Part shown: one piece after another, positions 1-7,525 of the stretch | Layout: every line of letters begins with the position of its first letter | Position numbering within the stretch: position 1 is the stretch's first letter | Assembly (NCBI GenBank): GCA_045597045.1 | Contig: JAZODN010000025.1 | Span: 1-53,003, forward strand | Source of the DNA: Acutalibacteraceae bacterium | Lineage (GTDB): Bacteria; Bacillota; Clostridia; Oscillospirales; Acutalibacteraceae | Length of the DNA stretch: 53,003 bases | Direction: 5' to 3' | The notes under the pieces: generated by a model | Database searches by the model: none | Seen by the model: only the letters and a program-made list of their open reading frames with translations | Told to the model about the DNA's origin: nothing | Made by a program: the position numbers and the translations under genes

Positions 1-2
1 CC

Positions 3-65
3 ACAACCACCACAACCACTACAACCACTACAACCACTACAACCACTACAACCACTACAACCACC
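3..65 (+). repeat. 9-bp tandem repeat (ACAACCACT), 7 units (5 perfect, 2 ACAACCACC variants), in-frame and coding for poly-Thr
   Basis: Direct reading: perfect units at 12-20, 21-29, 30-38, 39-47 and 48-56; variants at 3-11 and 57-65. The array may continue upstream of the window. Confidence 0.9.
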
Positions 66-686
66 ACGACCAAACCAACCACCCTGCCCGAAGAGAATCG
101 AACAACGGTGATTTGTACGATGACCACAACTGTACCTACCCTCTCGGTGGACGATATGCGTGAACGCCAACTGCAAATGACGCTGAACGGCAAAACCATA
201 CGCTTGTCCTTCGAAAGGGAGGAAATGTATGAAGAAAAACGGGGGAAAACGCATATTCTCTACGTATATAAAGGAAAGACCGCTTCGGGCGTTTTCGTGC
301 TGTGCAAGGTGGTTCCGTCGAAAAATCAAATTCACTCCATCTCTTATGACGTTCCTCTTGAGGCGGGGAGAATGTCGGAAGAGGATACGCGTGCTTTTTT
401 GTTAACGGAGTTGAAAAAGATGGGGTTTGAAGGATTGACGGAGGAAAATGTGTCGGTGAGGATAATGGGGCACAAGGGGCTGGCCGGAGCATGCTTTGCC
501 AATTTTAATATACATGTGTCGCCCGATGAACAGCTGGTAGGCGTTGTGCGGCTATCCGGCCGTCAACTGACGATTGTGCTGCTGAGAACGGCACACGTGA
601 CAGAAAGAAGCGGAGCGTCCTGGGTGAGTAGTGAGCCGTTTTTCACCGATTATTCCTGCCCGTACTTAACGCCGCGTTGGGTGTGA
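3..686 (+). CDS. 5'-truncated CDS: poly-Thr linker followed by an uncharacterised ~190-aa C-terminal domain (probable secreted or surface protein)
   Basis: Frame 3 is open from the window edge. ACA/ACC/ACT Thr codons run into ...KPTTLPEENRTTVICTMTTTVPTLSVDDMRERQ..., ending at TGA 684-686. The listed GTG-108 start is probably internal. No family recognised for the C-terminal domain. Confidence 0.55.
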   Translation, partial: TTTTTTTTTTTTTTTTTTTTTTTKPTTLPEENRTTVICTMTTTVPTLSVDDMRERQLQMTLNGKTIRLSFEREEMYEEKRGKTHILYVYKGKTASGVFVLCKVVPSKNQIHSISYDVPLEAGRMSEEDTRAFLLTELKKMGFEGLTEENVSVRIMGHKGLAGACFANFNIHVSPDEQLVGVVRLSGRQLTIVLLRTAHVTERSGASWVSSEPFFTDYSCPYLTPRWV

Positions 687-903
687 ACAGTCAAGCAGGT
701 TTTCGATGACCGTTTTTTGCGCATGTGTTTACACTTTTTGCGATTTTTGCCGCGGAAGAATTGACATTTTTTTCAGTGTGTGTTTTACTGAAATATAGCA
801 GGATGGCGTGAAGTCGTTGTGGATCTTTCGCCACGGATACCGTCGGTGCTCGCCATGGTGATTGCACTTTAACATTTTACATCTTGCATAAGGAGTGGAA
901 ACT

Positions 904-2385
904 ATGCTGCAAAAAGTGTCGCCCGAATCGGTGGGGATTTCGTCCGAAAAGGTGCTGAAATTTATTAAAACATTAGAAAAGAACCACTTGCATACCCACA
1001 GCTTGTTGCTCACGCGGGGGGATGCGGTCTTCTGCGAAAAATACTACGCCCCGTTTGATGAGACATTCAAACACCGCATGTATTCGGTGTCAAAAAGTTT
1101 TGTGTCGGTGGCGATCGGTCTGCTGATTGAAGACGGCAAGCTGTCGCTCGAGGATAAGTTTGTTTCCTTTTTTCCCGACTACACTGAGGGTATGAATGAC
1201 CCGTGGTTCGAGGAAATGACTGTGCGCGATGCGCTTATGATGTGCACCTGCACGCCGTCTATGCCCGATTGGTTTGCAAGCGGCACGAAAGACCGCACGG
1301 AGATCTACTTTGAGGGCCATGCCACCATGATTCCCGGCACACGGTTCCAGTATGACAGCCCGGGTTCGTATATGCTCGGTGTGATTGTGGAAACCATCAC
1401 GGGCAAGTCGTTCTTAGAGTTTATGAAGGAACGGTTTTTAAATGCCATCGGTTTTTCTCCCGACGCCTATTGCATTGAGTGCCCCGGTGGCCACTCCTTT
1501 GCCGATTCGGGTGTGATGTGCACCGCACGTGATCTGTGGCGGTTTGCCCGTTTTGTGATGAATGGCGGCACATGGGAAGGTGTGCGGTATATGAACGAGG
1601 CATATCTTCGAGAAGCTGTTGCTTTTCAAGTGGCCAACAATGCCCGTGATATGGACCATTACGGCGGTTATGGCTACGGCTATCAGATTTGGAAGGCGCC
1701 GCGTGACGGTTTTGCTTTCATTGGCATGGGGGATCAGTTTGCCATTTGCGACCCTGCCACCGATACCATTTTGATCATTAATTCCGACAACCAGGGGGAT
1801 CCGTTTTCCCGATCGGTACTGTATCAATCGCTGTATAGCCTGATTGTGGAGGAAATGGGGGAACCGCTGCCGGAAAACGAGGAGGCACTCGCAGCGCTTC
1901 GTGCGCACGAGCAAGGCGATACGCTGTGCGCACTGTCATGCGGCGTTGGCAGTGCATTTGCCAACGAACTTTCGGGGCGTACCTATCGTCTCGAAAAAAA
2001 CAATATGCAGATCTCATGGTTTCGCTTTGAGTTTGAGGGAGACGGCGGCGTGTTGCATTACGAAAACGCACAGGGCGTGAAAGCGCTGCCGTTTGGCATC
2101 GGTCACAACGTGTTTGGCAAATTTCCGCAAGAGGGTTATGCCGATTTGGTGGCGACGGTGGGTGAGCCGGGCCACTGTTACGATTGTGCCGTATCGGCCC
2201 AATGGCAAGAGGAACTGAAATTGCATTTGTGTGTGCAGATTATCGACAAATATTTCGGCAATTGTAACATGGTGTTCTCTTTCAAGGATCGCCGCGTGGT
2301 AGTCATGATGCAAAAGGTCGCGGAAGCGTTCTTAAATGAGTATCAAGGCACGGCGTTTGGCGAGTGGGCGGAAGAATTGGCATAG
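904..2385 (+). CDS. serine hydrolase, beta-lactamase (class C)/PBP-related family
   Basis: SxxK motif in MYSVSKSFVSVAIGLLIEDGKL. AAGGAG (891-896) lies 7 nt before ATG 904, preferred over the listed GTG 895. An intrinsic terminator follows. Confidence 0.75.
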   Translation: MLQKVSPESVGISSEKVLKFIKTLEKNHLHTHSLLLTRGDAVFCEKYYAPFDETFKHRMYSVSKSFVSVAIGLLIEDGKLSLEDKFVSFFPDYTEGMNDPWFEEMTVRDALMMCTCTPSMPDWFASGTKDRTEIYFEGHATMIPGTRFQYDSPGSYMLGVIVETITGKSFLEFMKERFLNAIGFSPDAYCIECPGGHSFADSGVMCTARDLWRFARFVMNGGTWEGVRYMNEAYLREAVAFQVANNARDMDHYGGYGYGYQIWKAPRDGFAFIGMGDQFAICDPATDTILIINSDNQGDPFSRSVLYQSLYSLIVEEMGEPLPENEEALAALRAHEQGDTLCALSCGVGSAFANELSGRTYRLEKNNMQISWFRFEFEGDGGVLHYENAQGVKALPFGIGHNVFGKFPQEGYADLVATVGEPGHCYDCAVSAQWQEELKLHLCVQIIDKYFGNCNMVFSFKDRRVVVMMQKVAEAFLNEYQGTAFGEWAEELA

Positions 2386-2394
2386 TAGAGTGAA

Positions 2395-2424
2395 AGACAC
2401 CCTCGGGAGAGGGTGTCTTTTTTT
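2395..2424 (+). terminator. intrinsic terminator
   Basis: AGACACCCTC-GGGA-GAGGGTGTCT stem-loop followed by TTTTTT. Confidence 0.85.
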
Positions 2425-2514
2425 CGGTAGAGTGATGCTTTTTAGCAGTAGGTGGACCTTGTGACGGCAATGTGATACAGTATATCTATCAATGCTTGAA
2501 AGGAAAAGCACTTT

Positions 2515-3351
2515 ATGAGAACTGTGAAGATCGTTGCCGATTCCGCTGCCAATGTTATTGCATTGGAACGTGTGGATTTTGCGGTCGTACCGCTGAAAAT
2601 TGTGACCGAGACGGCAGAGTTCGTGGATGCGCCGTCGTTGGATGTGGCGGATATGACGGCCTATTTTGACCGTTACAAAGGCACTTCTAAGACGTCTTGT
2701 CCCAATCCGGCAGATTTTTTAGAGGCGTTTGGTGATGCCGAGGATGTGTTTTGTGTGACGATCACAAGCGGTCTTTCGGGCAGCTACAACGCCGCGTGCG
2801 TGGCCAAAACCATGTATGAAGCGGAACACGTCGGCGCGCGTGTGTGGTTGATCGATACGCTTTCGGCCGGTGCGGAAATGCAACTGATCGTAGAACGCTT
2901 GGCACATTTGGTCGAAAGCGGTCGCTCGTATGAAGACATCATCACAGAGATTACCGCTTATCAAAAACGGACGGGGCTGCTCTTTATGTTAGGCTCGCTT
3001 AAAAATTTTGCGGCAAACGGGCGCGTACCGCTGGCGGTTGCCAAGGCGGCCGGTATTTTGGGGCTTCGTGTGGTGGGGAAGGCGAGCGAAAAAGGCACGC
3101 TGGAACCGTTGGATAAGTGCCGCGGCGAACAGCGTGCCGTTGAGCGCATACTGATGCATCTGCAAGAGGAGGGGTTTGCCGGCGGTAAGGTGTGTGTGGC
3201 GCACAATACCAATGCAGCGGCGGCCAGAGCCTTGCGAGCTTGTATATTGGACATATGGCCGACGGCCGAGGTGGCGGTTGTGGCTTGCCGAGGTTTGTGC
3301 AGCTACTACGCCGAAAAAGGCGGCATGCTTGTGGGATTTGAAAAAGCATAA
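2515..3351 (+). CDS. DegV family (fatty-acid-binding) protein
   Basis: 278 aa with the typical DegV N-terminus (MRTVKIVADSAANV...) and TSGLSGSYN motif region. Confidence 0.8.
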   Translation: MRTVKIVADSAANVIALERVDFAVVPLKIVTETAEFVDAPSLDVADMTAYFDRYKGTSKTSCPNPADFLEAFGDAEDVFCVTITSGLSGSYNAACVAKTMYEAEHVGARVWLIDTLSAGAEMQLIVERLAHLVESGRSYEDIITEITAYQKRTGLLFMLGSLKNFAANGRVPLAVAKAAGILGLRVVGKASEKGTLEPLDKCRGEQRAVERILMHLQEEGFAGGKVCVAHNTNAAAARALRACILDIWPTAEVAVVACRGLCSYYAEKGGMLVGFEKA

Positions 3352-3356
3352 AAGAA

Positions 3357-3395
3357 CGGCGAAGAAGAAACATCGGTTCTTCTTCGCCGCTTTTT
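3357..3395. terminator. bidirectional intrinsic terminator between convergent genes
   Basis: GGCGAAGAAGAA-loop-TTCTTCTTCGCC (12-bp stem) flanked by an A-run on one side and a T-run on the other. It sits between degV (+) and the P-II-like gene (-). Confidence 0.85.
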
Positions 3396-3396
3396 G

Positions 3397-4080
3397 TTAC
3401 AGACCCATCACTTCATCGACCGGCAGTGAGACGACCAGTCCTTTTGCTTTGCTGTGCATGCCGTAGGCTTCGCTGACGGCTTTCATGATGGCGAGTTTTT
3501 CTTCGTGATCCGCCAAAATCAGCACGATTTCTTTTTCTTCCTGCACGCTGAGACCCCAAAAACCCGTGGCGTCCCCGTTTTCGATACCGCGGCTGTGAAT
3601 GATCGTGCCGCCGCCGGCACCTGCTGCACGCGCAGTGTTCATCACGTCGCCGCCAAAACCGCGATCCACGGTGGCTGCAATCAACACGTATTTGGTATCG
3701 CCCATGGTTATTTCACCCTTTCTGCTGTCGCCTCTTTCGTAATGTTCGGCTGCGCTATCCATCATGCGCAGCATCAGGTTGCTGGCTCCGGTCAACGGGA
3801 TCGTGAAGGCGATGCCGCTGTTCACCGCATCTAACCGCAAACGCGAATGCAGCGTTTGCAGCATTTGTCGGCCGAGCGCGCGCGGCACGTAACTTATCAG
3901 CACGCTTTTATCCACGCTGCCCAAGCCCAGTGTGTCCATAATTTCGCTGGACGCCGTGCCTTCCGCATTCATTCGAAACTGCAGCGGCAGGTTGCTTTGC
4001 AAAAACATATCGGCGGCTTTTTCTGCCAATTTCGGAGTAGCGATCAAAATCAACATTTGATATACTTTCTGTTCACTCAT
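3397..4080 (-). CDS. tandem P-II-like signal-transduction protein (two P-II-type domains)
   Basis: 227 aa, about twice the P-II length. The second half (KYVLIAATVDRGFGGDVMNTARAAGAGGGTIIHSRG...EKEIVLILA) looks P-II-like. AAGGAGG RBS overlaps the stop of the upstream gene. Confidence 0.6.
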   Translation of the reverse strand: MSEQKVYQMLILIATPKLAEKAADMFLQSNLPLQFRMNAEGTASSEIMDTLGLGSVDKSVLISYVPRALGRQMLQTLHSRLRLDAVNSGIAFTIPLTGASNLMLRMMDSAAEHYERGDSRKGEITMGDTKYVLIAATVDRGFGGDVMNTARAAGAGGGTIIHSRGIENGDATGFWGLSVQEEKEIVLILADHEEKLAIMKAVSEAYGMHSKAKGLVVSLPVDEVMGL

Positions 4081-4092
4081 GCAGCCGCCTCC

Positions 4093-5613
4093 TTATTCCA
4101 AGTCGATAATGTCGTCGCTGTCGGCGGTGAGGCCGGGATGCAGCAACGCTGCTTTTTCGAGTTTTTTCGTTTTGACACGATACACAATGCCCATGATCTG
4201 AATGGCAATCAGGGGGGTGAGTGCAACCAGCGCTACCACGCCGAAGGCATCCGTCATCAGGTTGCCGCCAAGTGCTTGGCAGGTACCGATGCTTAACGGC
4301 AGCAAGAAGGTCGAGGTCATCGGGCCGCTGGCCACACCGCCTGAGTCGAAGGCGATACCCACAAAAATTTTCGGTACAAACAGCGACATTGCAAGGGCAA
4401 TGACGTAGCCGGGTACCAAGATCCAATAAATCGGAATGTTCAAGAGAATACGCAACATGGCAAGACCGATACTGACAGCCACGCCGATGGACATGCTGCG
4501 GTTCATCACTTTCACCGAGATCGCACCGTCGGTTACGTTTTCCACTTGGTGGTTGAGCACCTGAATGGCAGGCTCGGCTTTCACAATGTAATAACCGATC
4601 AGCATGCCGATGGGGATCAAAATCCAGTTGTAGCGGAGAGAAGCCAACTCCGCACCGAGGAAAGCGCCTACGGGTGCAAACCCCACGTTCACGCCGCACA
4701 AAAACAGCACCAGACCGATGAGGGTATAGATCATGCCAACCGTAATGCGCTTAACCTGCCTCTTTTGATAACGGTGGGTGAGTAACTGAAACAGCACAAA
4801 AACCACCGCGATGGGAAGCAAAGAGATCAGCACTTCACCGCCGTATGTCGGCAGTTCATAGGCAAACACACGCACCACGTCACGGGTGGTGAGCACCTTG
4901 GCAATTTCCCCGAGAGAATACGCAGCCTCGGTGGGTTTGAAGAAACAGCCGAGAAGCAGTACCGCCAAAATGGGGCCGACACTGGAAAGAGCCACCAATC
5001 CAAAACTGTCACTGGCGGCATCTTTGCCGCTGCGCACCGATGCTAAACCGATACCCAATGCCATGATAAACGGCACGGTCATCGGGCCGGTGGTCACGCC
5101 GCCGGAATCAAAAGCCACCGCTAAAAAATCGCGCGGAACAAAGAAGGAGAGGATAATCAGCAGTGTGTATAACACGATCAGCAATCGGGACAGATCGATA
5201 TGATAACGGATACGCACAATCGCCACCGCCAAAAACAGACCAACGCCAAAGGCAACCGTTAAGATCAGCGTTAAGTCAGGAACAGAGGGCACTTGATGTG
5301 CCAACACCTGCAGATCGGGTTCCGATACGGTGATAATTGCACCCATGATAAACCCGATCAGCAGCACCGCCAAAACCTTTTTCGTTTTGGAGATCTGCAC
5401 GCCGACACCTTCGCCGATGGGGGTCATGGCCATTTCGGCACCGAGTTGGAAAAAGCCCATGCCGAAGATCAGCAGTACGGCACCTGCCAAAAACATCACC
5501 ATGGTACCCAGAGAAATCGGCACCAGGAAAACGCTGATCAGTAGCACGATACCGGTGATCGGCAGCACCGCCGAAAGCGATTCCAATGTTTTTTCTCGCA
5601 GTTTAGGATTCAA
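4093..5613 (-). CDS. polytopic membrane protein, DUF1538-type, internally duplicated
   Basis: 506 aa, highly hydrophobic. The motif occurs twice: FDSGGVTTGPMTVPFIMALGIG and FDSGGVASGPMTSTFLLPLSIG. TTG start at 5613 with a GGAAAGG RBS. The family name is from memory of the DSGG(V)xxGP(M)T signature. Confidence 0.6.
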   Translation of the reverse strand: MNPKLREKTLESLSAVLPITGIVLLISVFLVPISLGTMVMFLAGAVLLIFGMGFFQLGAEMAMTPIGEGVGVQISKTKKVLAVLLIGFIMGAIITVSEPDLQVLAHQVPSVPDLTLILTVAFGVGLFLAVAIVRIRYHIDLSRLLIVLYTLLIILSFFVPRDFLAVAFDSGGVTTGPMTVPFIMALGIGLASVRSGKDAASDSFGLVALSSVGPILAVLLLGCFFKPTEAAYSLGEIAKVLTTRDVVRVFAYELPTYGGEVLISLLPIAVVFVLFQLLTHRYQKRQVKRITVGMIYTLIGLVLFLCGVNVGFAPVGAFLGAELASLRYNWILIPIGMLIGYYIVKAEPAIQVLNHQVENVTDGAISVKVMNRSMSIGVAVSIGLAMLRILLNIPIYWILVPGYVIALAMSLFVPKIFVGIAFDSGGVASGPMTSTFLLPLSIGTCQALGGNLMTDAFGVVALVALTPLIAIQIMGIVYRVKTKKLEKAALLHPGLTADSDDIIDLE

Positions 5614-5652
5614 ATCGCCACAGCCTTTCCGTAAAATCCGAAGCGTCGTTCT

Positions 5653-6747
5653 TTATTTCACCAATACGGTTTTGATGTTCTTGCCCGCGTTGGCATCGGC
5701 AAATGCTTCGTTCACGTGTGCGATGGGGTAGGGTGTGGCCAATGCGGCGATCGTCGGTTGCAGGTCGGGATTCTCTGCTAAAAACGTTACGTAGTCGTGT
5801 ACGTCGGGGAAAGAATACTGAGAAGAGCCGAGAATTTGCAGTGCTTTAAAGGTGATGAGCTGCGGCTGGATGGCCACAGAACCGGATTCGCTGTATTGAC
5901 CGGGGATGAGATACACACCACGGTTGCGCAGGATGGCAATGCCCTGTGCCACGGCAGCCGGCGCGCCCGAAGCCTCAAAGCACAGATCCACACCGAGTCC
6001 GTTGTTTTCGGCCTGCAAGGCGGCGGTTACGGCGGGTTCGCCTTCTGCTTTTAGACTGAACACACGGTCGGCCCCCAATAGACGGGCAGCTTCGTCGCGC
6101 TTGGTGTTAGCTCCCGTTGTGATAGCATACACCTTTTCAATGCCCAAACGCTTCAAATACATCACCGCGAACAGGCCCACAGGGCCGAGACCCTGCACCA
6201 CCGCCACCTTCATTTGGGAGAGGGCGATGTTGGCACGCTCTGCCAAGCGGAAGGCATGGATGGCGGTAGGGCCGGGGCAGGCAAAGATAGCGGCTACTGT
6301 GGGATCCACCCCCACAGGCACCTTGATAAGGTTGGTGAGGGGAGTGTAGTTCACTTCGGTATATCCGCCGTAAAGATGGGGTGCCACTTCAATGTCGCCG
6401 CCGTTGGTGAGACCCATGTTCACACAGTTGGCATCGTCACCGCTTTGGCAAAGTGCACATTCGCCGCACGGCACGGCAATGTCGGCAATCACTGCATCCC
6501 CTTTGGCTAAGTCGAACTTGGCAGCTTCGACGGCATCTGCAGCCGTGATGCGCCCCACGAATTCATGGCCGATGATGGCGGGGGCGCTTTCTTCCAATTT
6601 GCCGTTGTGAATGTGCAGGTCGGTTCCGCACACGCCGCTGGCAATCAGTTCCAGCTGTGCGTAGCCGGATGGTGGCGGTGTCACGGGAAATTCGCGCACC
6701 TCAAAGGGGTGTTCTGCCCCCATAAAAACAGCCGCTTTGGCTTTCAT
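5653..6747 (-). CDS. zinc-dependent alcohol dehydrogenase (MDR family)
   Basis: Catalytic Zn ligands in SGVCGTDLH and GHEFVG. Structural Zn motif CGECALCQSGDDANC. GxGxxG in VVQGLGPVGL. Confidence 0.85.
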   Translation of the reverse strand: MKAKAAVFMGAEHPFEVREFPVTPPPSGYAQLELIASGVCGTDLHIHNGKLEESAPAIIGHEFVGRITAADAVEAAKFDLAKGDAVIADIAVPCGECALCQSGDDANCVNMGLTNGGDIEVAPHLYGGYTEVNYTPLTNLIKVPVGVDPTVAAIFACPGPTAIHAFRLAERANIALSQMKVAVVQGLGPVGLFAVMYLKRLGIEKVYAITTGANTKRDEAARLLGADRVFSLKAEGEPAVTAALQAENNGLGVDLCFEASGAPAAVAQGIAILRNRGVYLIPGQYSESGSVAIQPQLITFKALQILGSSQYSFPDVHDYVTFLAENPDLQPTIAALATPYPIAHVNEAFADANAGKNIKTVLVK

Positions 6748-6756
6748 AACAAATTC

Positions 6757-7521
6757 CTACCCTTCTATTTTTACTTGCACATACTGTGCATATAGCGCTG
6801 CTAACGCCGCACGCTGATCAGCGGTGGGCGGCATGTGGTTTTTGTAAGCATAGTCCAATCCCATGGCCTCGTATTTTGCATTGCCCAAACGGTGGAAGGG
6901 CAGCAGATCGGCTTCCTTTATATTCAGCGAACGCAACAACTTGCCGATTGCCCGAATTGAATCTTCGTCGGTGTTAAAATCGGGGATCAGCGGAATGCGC
7001 ACGGTAAAAGGCACGCCGTCTCGTGCTAAGGAGGCAAGATTGGCCGTTACAAGATCCAAGTCGCCGCCGATGGCGCGATATTTCGATGCGTCGGCGGTTT
7101 TAAGATCGAATAGATAGCCGTTTACCACGGGATTCAGGGTCTCAAAGGCGGTGTACGGCACACAGCCGGCGGTATCAATCAGCACGGAAATGCCATGCGT
7201 TTTCAATAATCCGGCCAATTGCGCGGCTTCATTGGCTTGCAGCATAACTTCGCCGCCGGAAAAAGTGACGCCGCCGCCGCTTTGGTCAAAAAACGGGCGG
7301 TCTTCCAACAGTTCCGGCAACAGTTCTTCGGAAGAAACGCACACGCCGCGCGTTTCGGTCTTACCGTTGCGATAGTGCAGCGCGGTGGTTTCGGCTGCCA
7401 AGTTTTCGGGATTGTGACACCATGGGCAAAAGAGGTGGCAGCCTTTGAAAAACACGGTTGTGCGGATGCCCGGGCCGTCGCCAACCGAAAAATGTTGAAT
7501 GTTGGATATGTTCAGCAGCAT
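6757..7521 (-). CDS. glycyl-radical enzyme activating protein (radical SAM, PflA-like minimal type)
   Basis: CX3CX2C in FFKGCHLFCPWCHNPE (C28, C32, C35). 254 aa with only five Cys in total and no CxxCxxCxxxC ferredoxin insert. Starts 4 nt after the GRE stop, with an AGGGGTGAG RBS. Confidence 0.85.
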   Translation of the reverse strand: MLLNISNIQHFSVGDGPGIRTTVFFKGCHLFCPWCHNPENLAAETTALHYRNGKTETRGVCVSSEELLPELLEDRPFFDQSGGGVTFSGGEVMLQANEAAQLAGLLKTHGISVLIDTAGCVPYTAFETLNPVVNGYLFDLKTADASKYRAIGGDLDLVTANLASLARDGVPFTVRIPLIPDFNTDEDSIRAIGKLLRSLNIKEADLLPFHRLGNAKYEAMGLDYAYKNHMPPTADQRAALAALYAQYVQVKIEG

Positions 7522-7525
7522 ACAC

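Noticed and set aside
1-75. Possible CRISPR-like or non-coding satellite repeat at the window edge
   Set aside because: The units are 9 bp, contiguous with no spacers, and in frame with the downstream ORF. It is a coding poly-Thr repeat.
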